Notes under the pieces: generated by a model | What the model saw: the letters and a program-made list of their open reading frames with translations, nothing else | Told to the model about the DNA's origin: nothing | The model's database searches: none | Shown: positions 8,639-17,475 of the stretch, in pieces | Position numbering within the stretch: the stretch's first letter is position 1 | How the letters are laid out: every line of letters starts with the position of its first letter | DNA from: a bacterium | GTDB lineage: Bacteria; SZUA-182; DTGQ01; JAFGSM01 | Assembly: GCA_049472335.1 (NCBI GenBank) | Contig: JBLIRO010000056.1 | Location: forward strand, 1-33,242 | Direction of reading: 5' to 3' | DNA length: 33,242 bases | Translations under genes and position numbers: made by a program

Positions 8639-8723
8639 ACCACGAAGATCACAAAGCCCACGAAGGATCGAGAATCAAATGTTTTCTTTTTAACCTCTTC
8701 GTGCTCTTCGTGTTCTTCGTGGT
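8639..8723. repeat. REP-like inverted repeat built from 9-bp units (xxCACGAAG)x3 / (CTTCGTGxx)x3
   Basis: Left arm ACCACGAAG-ATCACAAAG-CCCACGAAG (8639-8665), right arm CTTCGTGCT-CTTCGTGTT-CTTCGTGGT (8697-8723), 31-nt spacer. Confidence 0.85.
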
Positions 8724-8792
8724 GAAAAAATATTACTGCATTTTATTTGGTTCGATTCAATTAATTAAGCCCTCAAACCCTAAGGAGATAAG

Positions 8793-9263
8793 ATGATTCA
8801 AATAGATATTCCCGGATTTAGAACACTGCGAATCGAAAACCTGATTATGGATTTTAATGGAACAATAGCCCTTGACGGAAATTTATTAGATGGTGTAAAT
8901 GAAAGACTGGCAAGGCTTTCCAACATGTTAAATTTATTCATATTAACCGCTGACACCTTTGGCCTTGTAGAGAAAAGTTGCTCAGGACTTCCTGTGAAAA
9001 TCAAAAAGCTTTACCCCGGTCACGAAGCTGATCAGAAGAAGGCCGTACTGGAGGATATGGGGAATGATGTCACTGCGGCAATCGGTAATGGAGCAAATGA
9101 CGTAAAAATGCTTAAGAGAGCCTGTTTGAGTATCGTTGTATTGAGTCAGGAAGGTCTTTGTACGGATGCCCTGGCTGAAGCGGATATCTGTGTTCCTAAT
9201 GCCTGCATGGGATTGGATTTGCTGCTTTTCCCGAAGAGGATTGTGGCTACGTTAAGGAGATAA
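8793..9263 (+). CDS. HAD-superfamily hydrolase, soluble P-type ATPase-like (COG4087 type)
   Basis: DFNGTIA motif I, ILTADTFG, K, AIGNGANDV. AAGGAG RBS. Confidence 0.85.
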   Translation: MIQIDIPGFRTLRIENLIMDFNGTIALDGNLLDGVNERLARLSNMLNLFILTADTFGLVEKSCSGLPVKIKKLYPGHEADQKKAVLEDMGNDVTAAIGNGANDVKMLKRACLSIVVLSQEGLCTDALAEADICVPNACMGLDLLLFPKRIVATLRR

Positions 9264-9436
9264 GACTCCCCCTTTTGCACGACAATTGAAGATCAGCTTA
9301 CGGGGCCGAGAAAAAAAGATAACAAAAGGTAACAAATTGTCTATTTTCCATATATATGATAAAGTATAAAGCAGTGTATAATTGATACGCTTTGCTTAGC
9401 CAATATATGATAATAGTAATTCGAGGAGGGTAAATT

Positions 9437-9685
9437 ATGGATGCCAGCAGGAAGATGATATATAAACTTTTAATAATAATCGGGCTTCTTCTGCTTCTGG
9501 TTATATTCATTCTGCAAAATACAAAACCGGTCGATATAGAATTATTTTTTTGGACCATCCCTAATATGCCCACAGCTTTGGTTATTTTGCTTCCACTTGT
9601 CATAGGATTTTTAATTGGCTGGTTAGGGATCTATCTTATTATTGCAAAAAAAAGAAGTAATTTTTTAGCAGAAGAGGAGAAGTAA
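9437..9685 (+). CDS. LapA/DUF1049-family small membrane protein
   Basis: Two TM helices flanking IFILQNTKPVDIELFFW. GAGGAGG RBS. Confidence 0.8.
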   Translation: MDASRKMIYKLLIIIGLLLLLVIFILQNTKPVDIELFFWTIPNMPTALVILLPLVIGFLIGWLGIYLIIAKKRSNFLAEEEK

Positions 9686-9686
9686 T

Positions 9687-10064
9687 GTGACTGATATCTT
9701 TTACACACTCGTTCATCTTCAGGGGAATCAAGATTGGCAGCCCCCTGTCAATATGTTTGAATCTGACGAGGAGTTCTGGATTGAGGTCGAGCTTGCAGGA
9801 ATGGAGAAAGACCAGATCAAGGTAGTTTTTGAGGATGGGGTTTTGAGCATAAGTGGAACTCGCAAAAGGTGTGCTCGGACAGGAAATTATATATGTTTCC
9901 AACTCGAGATGGAATATGGGACTTTTTACCGTTTTATCAGATTTGATTCACCTGTTGAGCCCTCGCAGATTGAGGCACATTACGATAAAGGTATTTTGGA
10001 TATCCGGGTTCCTAAGAAAGTAAAATTTGCGGAGGATCAAAAAATTGAAAAAGAGCGAAAGTAA
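9687..10064 (+). CDS. Hsp20/alpha-crystallin family protein
   Basis: WQPPVNMFE, VELAGM, LSISGTR, EMEYGTFYRFI, AHYDKGILDIRVPK. Directly upstream of lon. Confidence 0.88.
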   Translation: MTDIFYTLVHLQGNQDWQPPVNMFESDEEFWIEVELAGMEKDQIKVVFEDGVLSISGTRKRCARTGNYICFQLEMEYGTFYRFIRFDSPVEPSQIEAHYDKGILDIRVPKKVKFAEDQKIEKERK

Positions 10065-12456
10065 GAACAGGCAGGATATACCCATAAAAGGTGATGAGAC
10101 AGGAGAGTTATTGGAGATCGAAAGCGGTCATGGAGGAAGATTTGAAAAGATACCATCAGAGTTGCCCCTCCAGCCTTTGATCAATACTGTCATATTTCCT
10201 TCCATGGTCGCACCATTGGTTATCGGGAAGCAGAGATCTATATTGGCGGTTCAGAAGGCTATGGAGGGTTCGAATATCCTGGCCACTTTTCTCCTTAAAT
10301 CAGGCCATGAAGAGAAAGAGGAGATTAAATTAGAGGACATCCATACCATTGGAACAGCGGTTGGAATCCTTAAGATGCTCAGGATGCCGGATCAAACACT
10401 CAGGGTAATGGTACAGGGCCTGAAGCGGATAAAGATACAGCGTATTAGTAAGAAAGACGGATTTTTTGTTGCCAAAGTAAAGGTCCTTGAGGAGGAATTC
10501 GCCCTAACTGACAGATTGGAGGCGTTAAGAAGGGCAATAGGAGAAAAATTCAAAAAGGTGGTTTCTTTGGCTTCCTATCTTCCTGATGAAATTGCAGTAG
10601 CTGTTGACAATATTACGGATCCCTTTGCCCTTGTATATATGATTACTTCTGTAACAAATATGAAGACGGAAAAAAAACAGAAGATCCTCGCCATAGATGA
10701 TTTTGAAAAGAAGATGGAAAACCTTTTGGCCATTCTAAACAAGGAAGAAAAGATATTAGAGATTGGCGGAAAGATCGAGTCCGAAGTCGCCGGTGAATTA
10801 TCCAAGACCCAGAGAGAGTATTTCCTAAGGGAGCAGCTCAAAGCAATTAAAAAGGAATTGGGAGAAACAGGTTCTCAGGAAACAGAGATTCTGGAGCTAA
10901 TGGATCGAATTGCCAAAAAAAAGCTTCCTGACGAGGTGAGGGAGGTTGCGGATAAAGAATTAAAAAGGATGGAAGGAATGCCGAGCGTTGCTCCGGAATA
11001 TTATGTTATTCGTACTTATTTGGAGTGGATTTTGGACCTCCCTTGGATGGAGGCAACAATAGATGATCTGGATCTGAAAAAGGCACGGGATATTCTGGAT
11101 AAGGACCACTATGGATTGGACGAAGTTAAGGAGCGGATCATCGAATATCTTGCTGTCAGAAAACTAAAAGAAGATACCAAAGGTCAGATACTTTGTTTTA
11201 TCGGCCCACCCGGTGTTGGTAAGACCTCTCTGGGTCAATCCATAGCAAGGGCATTAGGGAGAAAATTTATACGAATTTCTCTGGGTGGTGTCCATGATGA
11301 GGCTGCAATAAGAGGTCATAGGCGCACTTATGTCGGGGCCCTGCCAGGCAGGATTGTTCAGGGTATCAAACGGGCAGGGACCAAGAATCCCATTTTTATG
11401 TTGGACGAGATCGATAAAGTGGGTGCCGATTTTCGTGGTGATCCTTCATCTGCGTTACTGGAGGTCTTGGATCCTGAGCAGAATATTGCCTTTATTGATC
11501 ATTATCTGGACCTTCCGTTTGACTTGTCCCAGGTCATATTCATCGCGACAGGTAACGTGATTCTCCCTATCCAGCCCGCTTTGAGGGACAGGATGGAGGT
11601 CATGAATCTTCCGGGGTATGTGAACGAAGAGAAGGTGGCTATTGCCAAAAGGTATCTAATCCCCAAACAATTAGAGGCCCATGGACTTAACCCTGAGCAA
11701 CTCGTTTTTGAAGAGAAGAGCATAGAAAAGATTATCGCACAGTATACTCAAGAGGCCGGGGTAAGAAATCTCGAGCGGCAGATTGCAAGGATTTGCAGGA
11801 AGGTTGCTTACAAGATAGCTACGGATGAGCAAAAGCGGGTTAGAATCACAATTAAAAATTTACCTAAATTTCTGGGACCTCAAAAGGTCTTTCACGAGAC
11901 CGCACGAAGGACTGCAATACCGGGTGTTGCTACTGGCCTGGCATGGACCGAGAGTGGTGGTGAGATATTATTTGTGGAGGTTATTAAGATGCCTGGCAAG
12001 AAGGGGCTTAATATTACAGGTCAACTTGGCGAGGTGATGCAGGAGTCGGTAAAGACTGCTCTTTCCTTTGTGAGATCAATTGCATCCAAATATAATATCG
12101 ATCAGGGATTTTTTGAAGATATGGATCTGCACATTCATATCCCGGCTGGCGCCATTCCGAAGGATGGACCCTCCGCGGGTGTTGCTTTAGCAACGGCCAT
12201 AACCTCTGCTTTGACCGGGCGACCTGTTAAAAAGGAGATTGCCATGACAGGTGAGGCCACTTTGTCAGGTTTGGTTTTACCCGTGGGCGGTATTCGGGAA
12301 AAGGTGCTGGCTGCCAAAAGGGAGGGGATTAAAAAGGTGATACTTCCTTCGAGAAATCGTTTGGATGTTGAAGAGATACCAAAAGATCTTCTAAAAGGAA
12401 TAAAATTTAGTTATATCGAAAATATAGAGGATGGTATCAATCTGGCTCTAACATGA
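10045..12456 (+). CDS. lon: ATP-dependent protease La (Lon)
   Basis: LON N-domain, DHYGL, GPPGVGKTS, IRGHRRTYVG, LDEIDK, catalytic PKDGPSAG and PVGGIREK. The TTG at 10045 follows GGAGGA (10031-10036). Confidence 0.96.
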   Translation: MKKSESKNRQDIPIKGDETGELLEIESGHGGRFEKIPSELPLQPLINTVIFPSMVAPLVIGKQRSILAVQKAMEGSNILATFLLKSGHEEKEEIKLEDIHTIGTAVGILKMLRMPDQTLRVMVQGLKRIKIQRISKKDGFFVAKVKVLEEEFALTDRLEALRRAIGEKFKKVVSLASYLPDEIAVAVDNITDPFALVYMITSVTNMKTEKKQKILAIDDFEKKMENLLAILNKEEKILEIGGKIESEVAGELSKTQREYFLREQLKAIKKELGETGSQETEILELMDRIAKKKLPDEVREVADKELKRMEGMPSVAPEYYVIRTYLEWILDLPWMEATIDDLDLKKARDILDKDHYGLDEVKERIIEYLAVRKLKEDTKGQILCFIGPPGVGKTSLGQSIARALGRKFIRISLGGVHDEAAIRGHRRTYVGALPGRIVQGIKRAGTKNPIFMLDEIDKVGADFRGDPSSALLEVLDPEQNIAFIDHYLDLPFDLSQVIFIATGNVILPIQPALRDRMEVMNLPGYVNEEKVAIAKRYLIPKQLEAHGLNPEQLVFEEKSIEKIIAQYTQEAGVRNLERQIARICRKVAYKIATDEQKRVRITIKNLPKFLGPQKVFHETARRTAIPGVATGLAWTESGGEILFVEVIKMPGKKGLNITGQLGEVMQESVKTALSFVRSIASKYNIDQGFFEDMDLHIHIPAGAIPKDGPSAGVALATAITSALTGRPVKKEIAMTGEATLSGLVLPVGGIREKVLAAKREGIKKVILPSRNRLDVEEIPKDLLKGIKFSYIENIEDGINLALT

Positions 12457-12464
12457 GCATATCA

Positions 12465-13484
12465 TTAAAGCCTTTTTTGCATCTTTTTCATTCTTTCCCA
12501 GGTATCGTATAAGAGAGGATAAAGCTCGTAGGATTTTTTATAAAGTCTATATGCCTCTCCATAATTTCCGGCATTTTCTGCCGCTTTTCCGGCCTTGTAA
12601 AGGCTTATAGCCTCATTGGTATTATCTCTCGATTGATCTGACTTCTTCTGGATTTCTTTGTCTTCCGGATGTGTCTTTAGATATAGATCATAATATTTAA
12701 TCGCGCGGTCCCATCTTTTTTGTTTATAGTATTTTTCAGCTTCCTTTAAATTGGCATCCTTTGCTTTTGGCCTTGATACAGGTTTGGGTCTTACCGGCTC
12801 GGGCTCTGGTTTTTCAGGCGGTACCGGTTGTTTAGGCTCGGGAGCACTGGGGGGGGGTACCGGGGATTTTTTAGGAGGCGTTGGGAGTGGCGGAGGAGTC
12901 GGACGCTGTGGTGGAGTCGGAGGTGATGGAGGTGTCGGACGAGACGGAGGAATCGGAACTGGTGGAGGTGGTGGAGTTGAAGGAGGTTCAGGCATTGGAG
13001 GAGCCGGAGGTCTGGAAGGAGGTGTTCTTTCTATGGGAGCGGGTGTGGGCAAGGGGGTCGGGGGCTCCTTTTCCGGTTCTTCTTCCTTTTGGGCAATGAA
13101 GATAACCTTCTTGATTTTCATCGCTTCTTCTTCGGGACCCTCTTTACGAAAAATAAGAATAGTATCTTCTCCGAGTGTTTGAATGGCCTCCTCAAGAGAT
13201 AAATCATCAAACTCCAATTCTTCAATTGTACTTGTTACCTTATCCAATCCGACAAATTCTATTCCTGTGTTTTTGGCTATATCTTCGTATACTTCTCTAG
13301 CCTTTACATCTTTTAGTTTGGCAGAGATCTTTCCTGCTTTATATTCTATTGACATACCTCGGGAGATTGCCGCCTCCAAAGGGAAATGATATCCTCTCAG
13401 ACCCAGGGCCAGAATTAAGAGAAACAGTGCAAAAATACCTGCGAATTTAATGCGTTTTGCTATGGTTTTAATCAATCTTTTCAT
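12465..13484 (-). CDS. Exported protein: signal/TM, STN/secretin-N0-like domain, Pro-rich linker, C-terminal TPRs
   Basis: Basic-hydrophobic N-terminus. ISAKLKDVKAREVYEDIAKNTGIEF...FDDLSLEEAIQTL resembles STN/N0 domains. About 100-aa polyproline tract, then TPR-like helices (AEKYYKQKRWDRAIKYY; AENAGNYGEAYRLYKKSYEL). Confidence 0.7.
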   Translation of the reverse strand: MKRLIKTIAKRIKFAGIFALFLLILALGLRGYHFPLEAAISRGMSIEYKAGKISAKLKDVKAREVYEDIAKNTGIEFVGLDKVTSTIEELEFDDLSLEEAIQTLGEDTILIFRKEGPEEEAMKIKKVIFIAQKEEEPEKEPPTPLPTPAPIERTPPSRPPAPPMPEPPSTPPPPPVPIPPSRPTPPSPPTPPQRPTPPPLPTPPKKSPVPPPSAPEPKQPVPPEKPEPEPVRPKPVSRPKAKDANLKEAEKYYKQKRWDRAIKYYDLYLKTHPEDKEIQKKSDQSRDNTNEAISLYKAGKAAENAGNYGEAYRLYKKSYELYPLLYDTWERMKKMQKRL

Positions 13485-13803
13485 GTTGTTAACCCTCTAA
13501 ATTTAATCGAATAAGGGAATCTAGTACAATAATATTTTTGGTTAAAATATCTTCTGTTATTATTTGTTATTATTAAATTTTTTGTGATAAAAAATTTTTA
13601 ATCTTCTATATATCAGGCTAAAATAAAAGTCAAATCTATATTTTAGGTTATGAGAATAACATATAGGTCAATCTTTGTCAATCGGATCGTTTCTTCTTTG
13701 TCAAGCTTTTTCGGATATCTTGTTTCAGGATATTATCAGCCGAATATTTTTATAATTTATTTATCCCAATAATGACTATGGATTATATGTGTGTAAAATG
13801 CTT

Positions 13804-14547
13804 TTACCCGTTGTATTCTTTTAAAAGCCTAATTTCCCGGGATGTAAGATAACGCCATTCTCCGGGTTTGAGGTCTCCAATGCTGAGCCCGGCAATACTT
13901 ATCCTTTTAAGCTTAATAACAGGATGTCCGATTGCCGAAAAAACTCTCCTGATCATTCTGTTTTTCCCCTCGTGGATTGTGAGCTTAAACCATGAATTAG
14001 CCGAGGCACGGAATTTCAATTGATCTATGGAATCAAATGAGCTCCATCCGTCATCCAATTTTATACCTTTTTTTAAACGCTCCTGAAGTTGAAGGGATAC
14101 CTTCCCTTTTACCTTAACAAGATAGGTCTTGGGTACCATAGCACTGGGGTGGCTCAGCTTATAAGCCAGATCTCCGTCATTTGTGAGCAGAAGAAGTCCT
14201 TCCGATTGAAAATCCAGACGTCCGATCGGATATATCCTCTCGCTGATTTTAGGAATCAGCTCCAGGATTGTGGGCCGGGCAAAGGGATCTGCCATGGTAG
14301 TGAGATATCCGCAGGGCTTGTTGAGCATTATATAATGAAGCTCAAGGATTCGGGGTTTTATCTTTCCCTTGTTCTTCAGGAAAATCTGATCCCGATGGGG
14401 ATCGATCTTCATCCCTAAATAGCCTACGGTACCGTTGACAAGTACTTCACCCCCCCGAATAAGCTCTTCACAATATCTTCTTGAACCTATGCCATGAGTG
14501 GATAAGAACTTATTAAGCCTTACCATTTCAGCATTTTTTTTCTTCAT
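13804..14547 (-). CDS. rluB: RsuA/RluB-family pseudouridine synthase
   Basis: RLNKFLS...SRR, LNKPCG, PIGRLDFQSEGLLLLTNDG, EGKNRMIRR. Follows scpB. Confidence 0.88.
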   Translation of the reverse strand: MKKKNAEMVRLNKFLSTHGIGSRRYCEELIRGGEVLVNGTVGYLGMKIDPHRDQIFLKNKGKIKPRILELHYIMLNKPCGYLTTMADPFARPTILELIPKISERIYPIGRLDFQSEGLLLLTNDGDLAYKLSHPSAMVPKTYLVKVKGKVSLQLQERLKKGIKLDDGWSSFDSIDQLKFRASANSWFKLTIHEGKNRMIRRVFSAIGHPVIKLKRISIAGLSIGDLKPGEWRYLTSREIRLLKEYNG

Positions 14548-15073
14548 TTCCTATTATTTCTTTCAGTTCCGATTCCTTAGGCAACTGTCTCAGCTCTCTT
14601 AGGCCGAAGTAGCTCAGGAATTCCTTTCCGGTCCCATAGACAATAGGTCGCCCAAGACAATCTTTCCTGCCTGCTATACGTATAAGTTTTTTTTGCAGGA
14701 GACCTCTGAGTACGAAACCGCTGCTTACTCCCCTTATTTCATCCACCTCAAACCTGGTAATTGGTTGTTTGTATGCCACAATTGCCAGCACTTCCAATGC
14801 TGCCCGTGAAAGTCTTCTTTTTGTCTGATAATTGGTAATACGTTCAAGCCAGGGGTGGAACTCAGGCCTTGTACAGATCTGGTATCCACCTGCAACTTCG
14901 CAGATCTGGAGAGCCCTGCCAGGACAATAAAAGTTTTTTTGGAGCCAACTGATAGCCTGTTCGATCTGGTCTATTTCCATATTCCCTGCCATCTCTTTTA
15001 GATCTGAAACAGAAAGGGGATTTGGGGATACAAAGAGAAAAAATTCAATAATAGCAGCTTTTGATGCGTCCAT
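14528..15073 (-). CDS. scpB: SMC-Scp complex subunit ScpB
   Basis: EVAGGYQICT, LSRAALEVLAIVAYKQPITRFEVDEIRGV, GRPIVYGT, FLSYFGL. Confidence 0.93.
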   Translation of the reverse strand: MDASKAAIIEFFLFVSPNPLSVSDLKEMAGNMEIDQIEQAISWLQKNFYCPGRALQICEVAGGYQICTRPEFHPWLERITNYQTKRRLSRAALEVLAIVAYKQPITRFEVDEIRGVSSGFVLRGLLQKKLIRIAGRKDCLGRPIVYGTGKEFLSYFGLRELRQLPKESELKEIIGNEEKKC

Positions 15074-15182
15074 ATTAATAATTTAAAAAATCCATAAGGT
15101 CTCTGATTCAAATTTATAAATTCAAATTAACATAAAACCAGGCTATATTCAATTTGTTCAAAAGGTTTATTATGCTTTATTA

Positions 15183-15211
15183 TTGACAATTCGATAAGTA
15201 TATTTTAAAAT
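15183..15211 (+). promoter_or_regulatory. sigma70 promoter of the GT4/GH57 cluster
   Basis: TTGACA (15183-15188), 17 bp, TAAAAT (15206-15211). Confidence 0.7.
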
Positions 15212-15317
15212 TAGTCTCGTATAAAAAAATTATCTCAATTTAAATATAAATAACATTATATAAATAATGAGATAATTTAAAATGTTTTAATTTTTGCTAC
15301 ATTAAAGGGGTAGATCC

Positions 15318-16475
15318 ATGAGAATAGCTATGTTTTCTTGGGAGACCCTCCATTCTATTAGTGTTGGGGGGGTGGGTAACCATGTTACCGAACTTGCTGC
15401 ATCTTTGGAGAGAAAAGGACATGATGTCCACGTCTTTACAAGGATAGGCCCAGGTCAACTGAACTATGAGGTAATACATGGGGTTCATTATCATCGCTGT
15501 CCTTTCAATCTGAATCGAAATTTTATTGAAGAAATCAATGAGATGTGTCGCTCTTTTGTGTACCATTTCTTCCAGACAGAGGATCATATCGGGCCATTTG
15601 ATATCATTCACGCGCATGACTGGTTGGCTTCTAATGCAGTTGTATGGATAAAATCAGGAAGGGGAAAAAAGTCCGTTTTAACCATTCACTCAACGGAATA
15701 TGGACGGTGCGGGAATAATTTTTACGGCGGGCAATCAGCCATTATCAGGGATCATGAAAGACACGGAACCTATTGTGCAGACCAGGTCATTGCAGTCTCT
15801 CAGGCCCTAAAGAATGAAATCTTGTGGATGTACAGTCTTCCGGATTGGAAGGTGGATGTCGTGTATAATGGGGTCAATGTGCACAATTTTGATGGATCAA
15901 TCGATCCCGGTAAAGTTAAGGCAAGATACGGAGTTGGGCCCATGGATCCTACAATACTGTTTGCCGGTAGGATTGTACATCAAAAAGGACCTGATTTATT
16001 GATCGAAGCCATACCTTCTATATTGAAATATTTTTCTAATGCCAGGTTTGTTTTCGCAGGGGATGGGGATATGAGAATGGGATTGGAGAGAAGAGCCCAT
16101 GCATTGGGCATTTCTCATGCAACCCGTTTTTTGGGTTATAAGAATGGAGAAGAACTCAAGGACCTCTTTAAAGCATGTGATTTGGTGTGTGTGCCAAGCC
16201 GGAATGAACCATTCGGTATTGTTATTCTGGAGGCATGGAGTGCGGGGAAACCGGTTGTTACCACAAGCAATGGCGGTCCTGCAGAATTTGTCTGGCATGA
16301 TGTTACAGGTTTGAAGATCTTTGATTATCCGGATTCTGTTGCCTGGGGAATCGGTTCCCTTCTTGCCAAACTCGATCATGCTCGATGGATGGGCAGGAAT
16401 GGAAGGATCGCCGCAGAGACTGCATTTTCTTGGGATAGTATTTCTGAACAGATATTGAAGGTTTACGAAAAATGA
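15318..16475 (+). CDS. Glycosyltransferase family 4 (GT-B; glycogen-synthase-like context)
   Basis: MFSWE...GGVGNHV, IIHAHDWL, TIHSTE, FAGRIVHQKG, PSRNEPFGIVILEAW. Confidence 0.9.
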   Translation: MRIAMFSWETLHSISVGGVGNHVTELAASLERKGHDVHVFTRIGPGQLNYEVIHGVHYHRCPFNLNRNFIEEINEMCRSFVYHFFQTEDHIGPFDIIHAHDWLASNAVVWIKSGRGKKSVLTIHSTEYGRCGNNFYGGQSAIIRDHERHGTYCADQVIAVSQALKNEILWMYSLPDWKVDVVYNGVNVHNFDGSIDPGKVKARYGVGPMDPTILFAGRIVHQKGPDLLIEAIPSILKYFSNARFVFAGDGDMRMGLERRAHALGISHATRFLGYKNGEELKDLFKACDLVCVPSRNEPFGIVILEAWSAGKPVVTTSNGGPAEFVWHDVTGLKIFDYPDSVAWGIGSLLAKLDHARWMGRNGRIAAETAFSWDSISEQILKVYEK

Positions 16476-16725
16476 AATACATTTCTCATTCACTTATAAA
16501 AGTGTATTTAGCCCAAATACCAGGATTGGATGTGAAAGCTAAAAAGGATTTATTGTTTTGGGAGCCATACCTGGAACTCAGCTTTGTATAAGCAGACAAC
16601 CGGTCAGGATCATTTTAAGACAGATTGGTGATATTTTGTTTTAGGGCGGATCCTTAAGCAAGGCCAAAGCTGTCTATCGTGCAAATAATGATCACGTCAA
16701 TGACGGATGAACAAAGGAGAATCCT

Positions 16726-17475
16726 GTGCCGGACGATGATAAAGCACATTTTCCTCATAAATATAATGAAAATTATCTATATCTTCTTGAAGTAGATCCT
16801 ACTCATATACATGCATTTTGGGAGATAACGCCGGATTGCATCCCCGACCAAATCTTAAAAAGATGCTTGAGCAACAAAAAACTCTGGTTGAAAATCTATT
16901 GTAACTTCAGAGACAGCCATAGATTCTGTGTTGATTTAAATGTTCATGGATTGATAAATGACTGGTTTATTGAGATTGAAAGTCCGTTGACCGGATGTCA
17001 TGCAGAATTAGGATACAAAGATCCGGGAGAGGAAAAATTTGTTTCTCTTTGCAGATCTAATAATCTTGATGTTATCCTGGAAAAAGAATCTTCAGACTGT
17101 TCAATAGAAAAAATAAATCAAAGTGATGTCAATTCCCATGTATATGAGGAGAAAAAAAAGGATATAAATCCGTTTATCATTGATACGGAAAAAGAAAAAA
17201 AAACGCATCATATGGAACTTATTACGGAAAAGGATATCAAAGATTATTATCGTTTACTGTCTGAGAAGAGGATTTTTCATCCCGGATACTCTCCCTGGAA
17301 ATTGATTCTGAAAAGGATAAATTCAGCAGAGTCCTTGAGGGTATTAAAGCCTTCCGGATTTGAAAAATTTTATGAGCAGCATTATTCCTCATCTGAAACT
17401 AATTCAAGTTATTCAAGCTATTGGTCTGTAACCTTTTCTTATTCCCAGATCCCTAAAATAGATAAAGACAAGTGA
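16726..17475 (+). CDS. DUF4912-domain protein
   Basis: YNENYLYLLEVDPTHIHAFWEI...WFI...AELGY...LCRSN pattern, Ser-rich tail, typical position before a GH57 branching enzyme. AAGGAG RBS. Confidence 0.75.
   Translation: MPDDDKAHFPHKYNENYLYLLEVDPTHIHAFWEITPDCIPDQILKRCLSNKKLWLKIYCNFRDSHRFCVDLNVHGLINDWFIEIESPLTGCHAELGYKDPGEEKFVSLCRSNNLDVILEKESSDCSIEKINQSDVNSHVYEEKKKDINPFIIDTEKEKKTHHMELITEKDIKDYYRLLSEKRIFHPGYSPWKLILKRINSAESLRVLKPSGFEKFYEQHYSSSETNSSYSSYWSVTFSYSQIPKIDKDK

Noticed and set aside
12751..13182. Gly-rich 143-aa plus-strand ORF
   Set aside because: Mirror of the Pro codons of the minus-strand gene.
16476..16725. Possible riboswitch or ncRNA between GT4 and DUF4912
   Set aside because: No recognisable aptamer motif or convincing stem by eye. 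An Rfam/Infernal scan would be needed.
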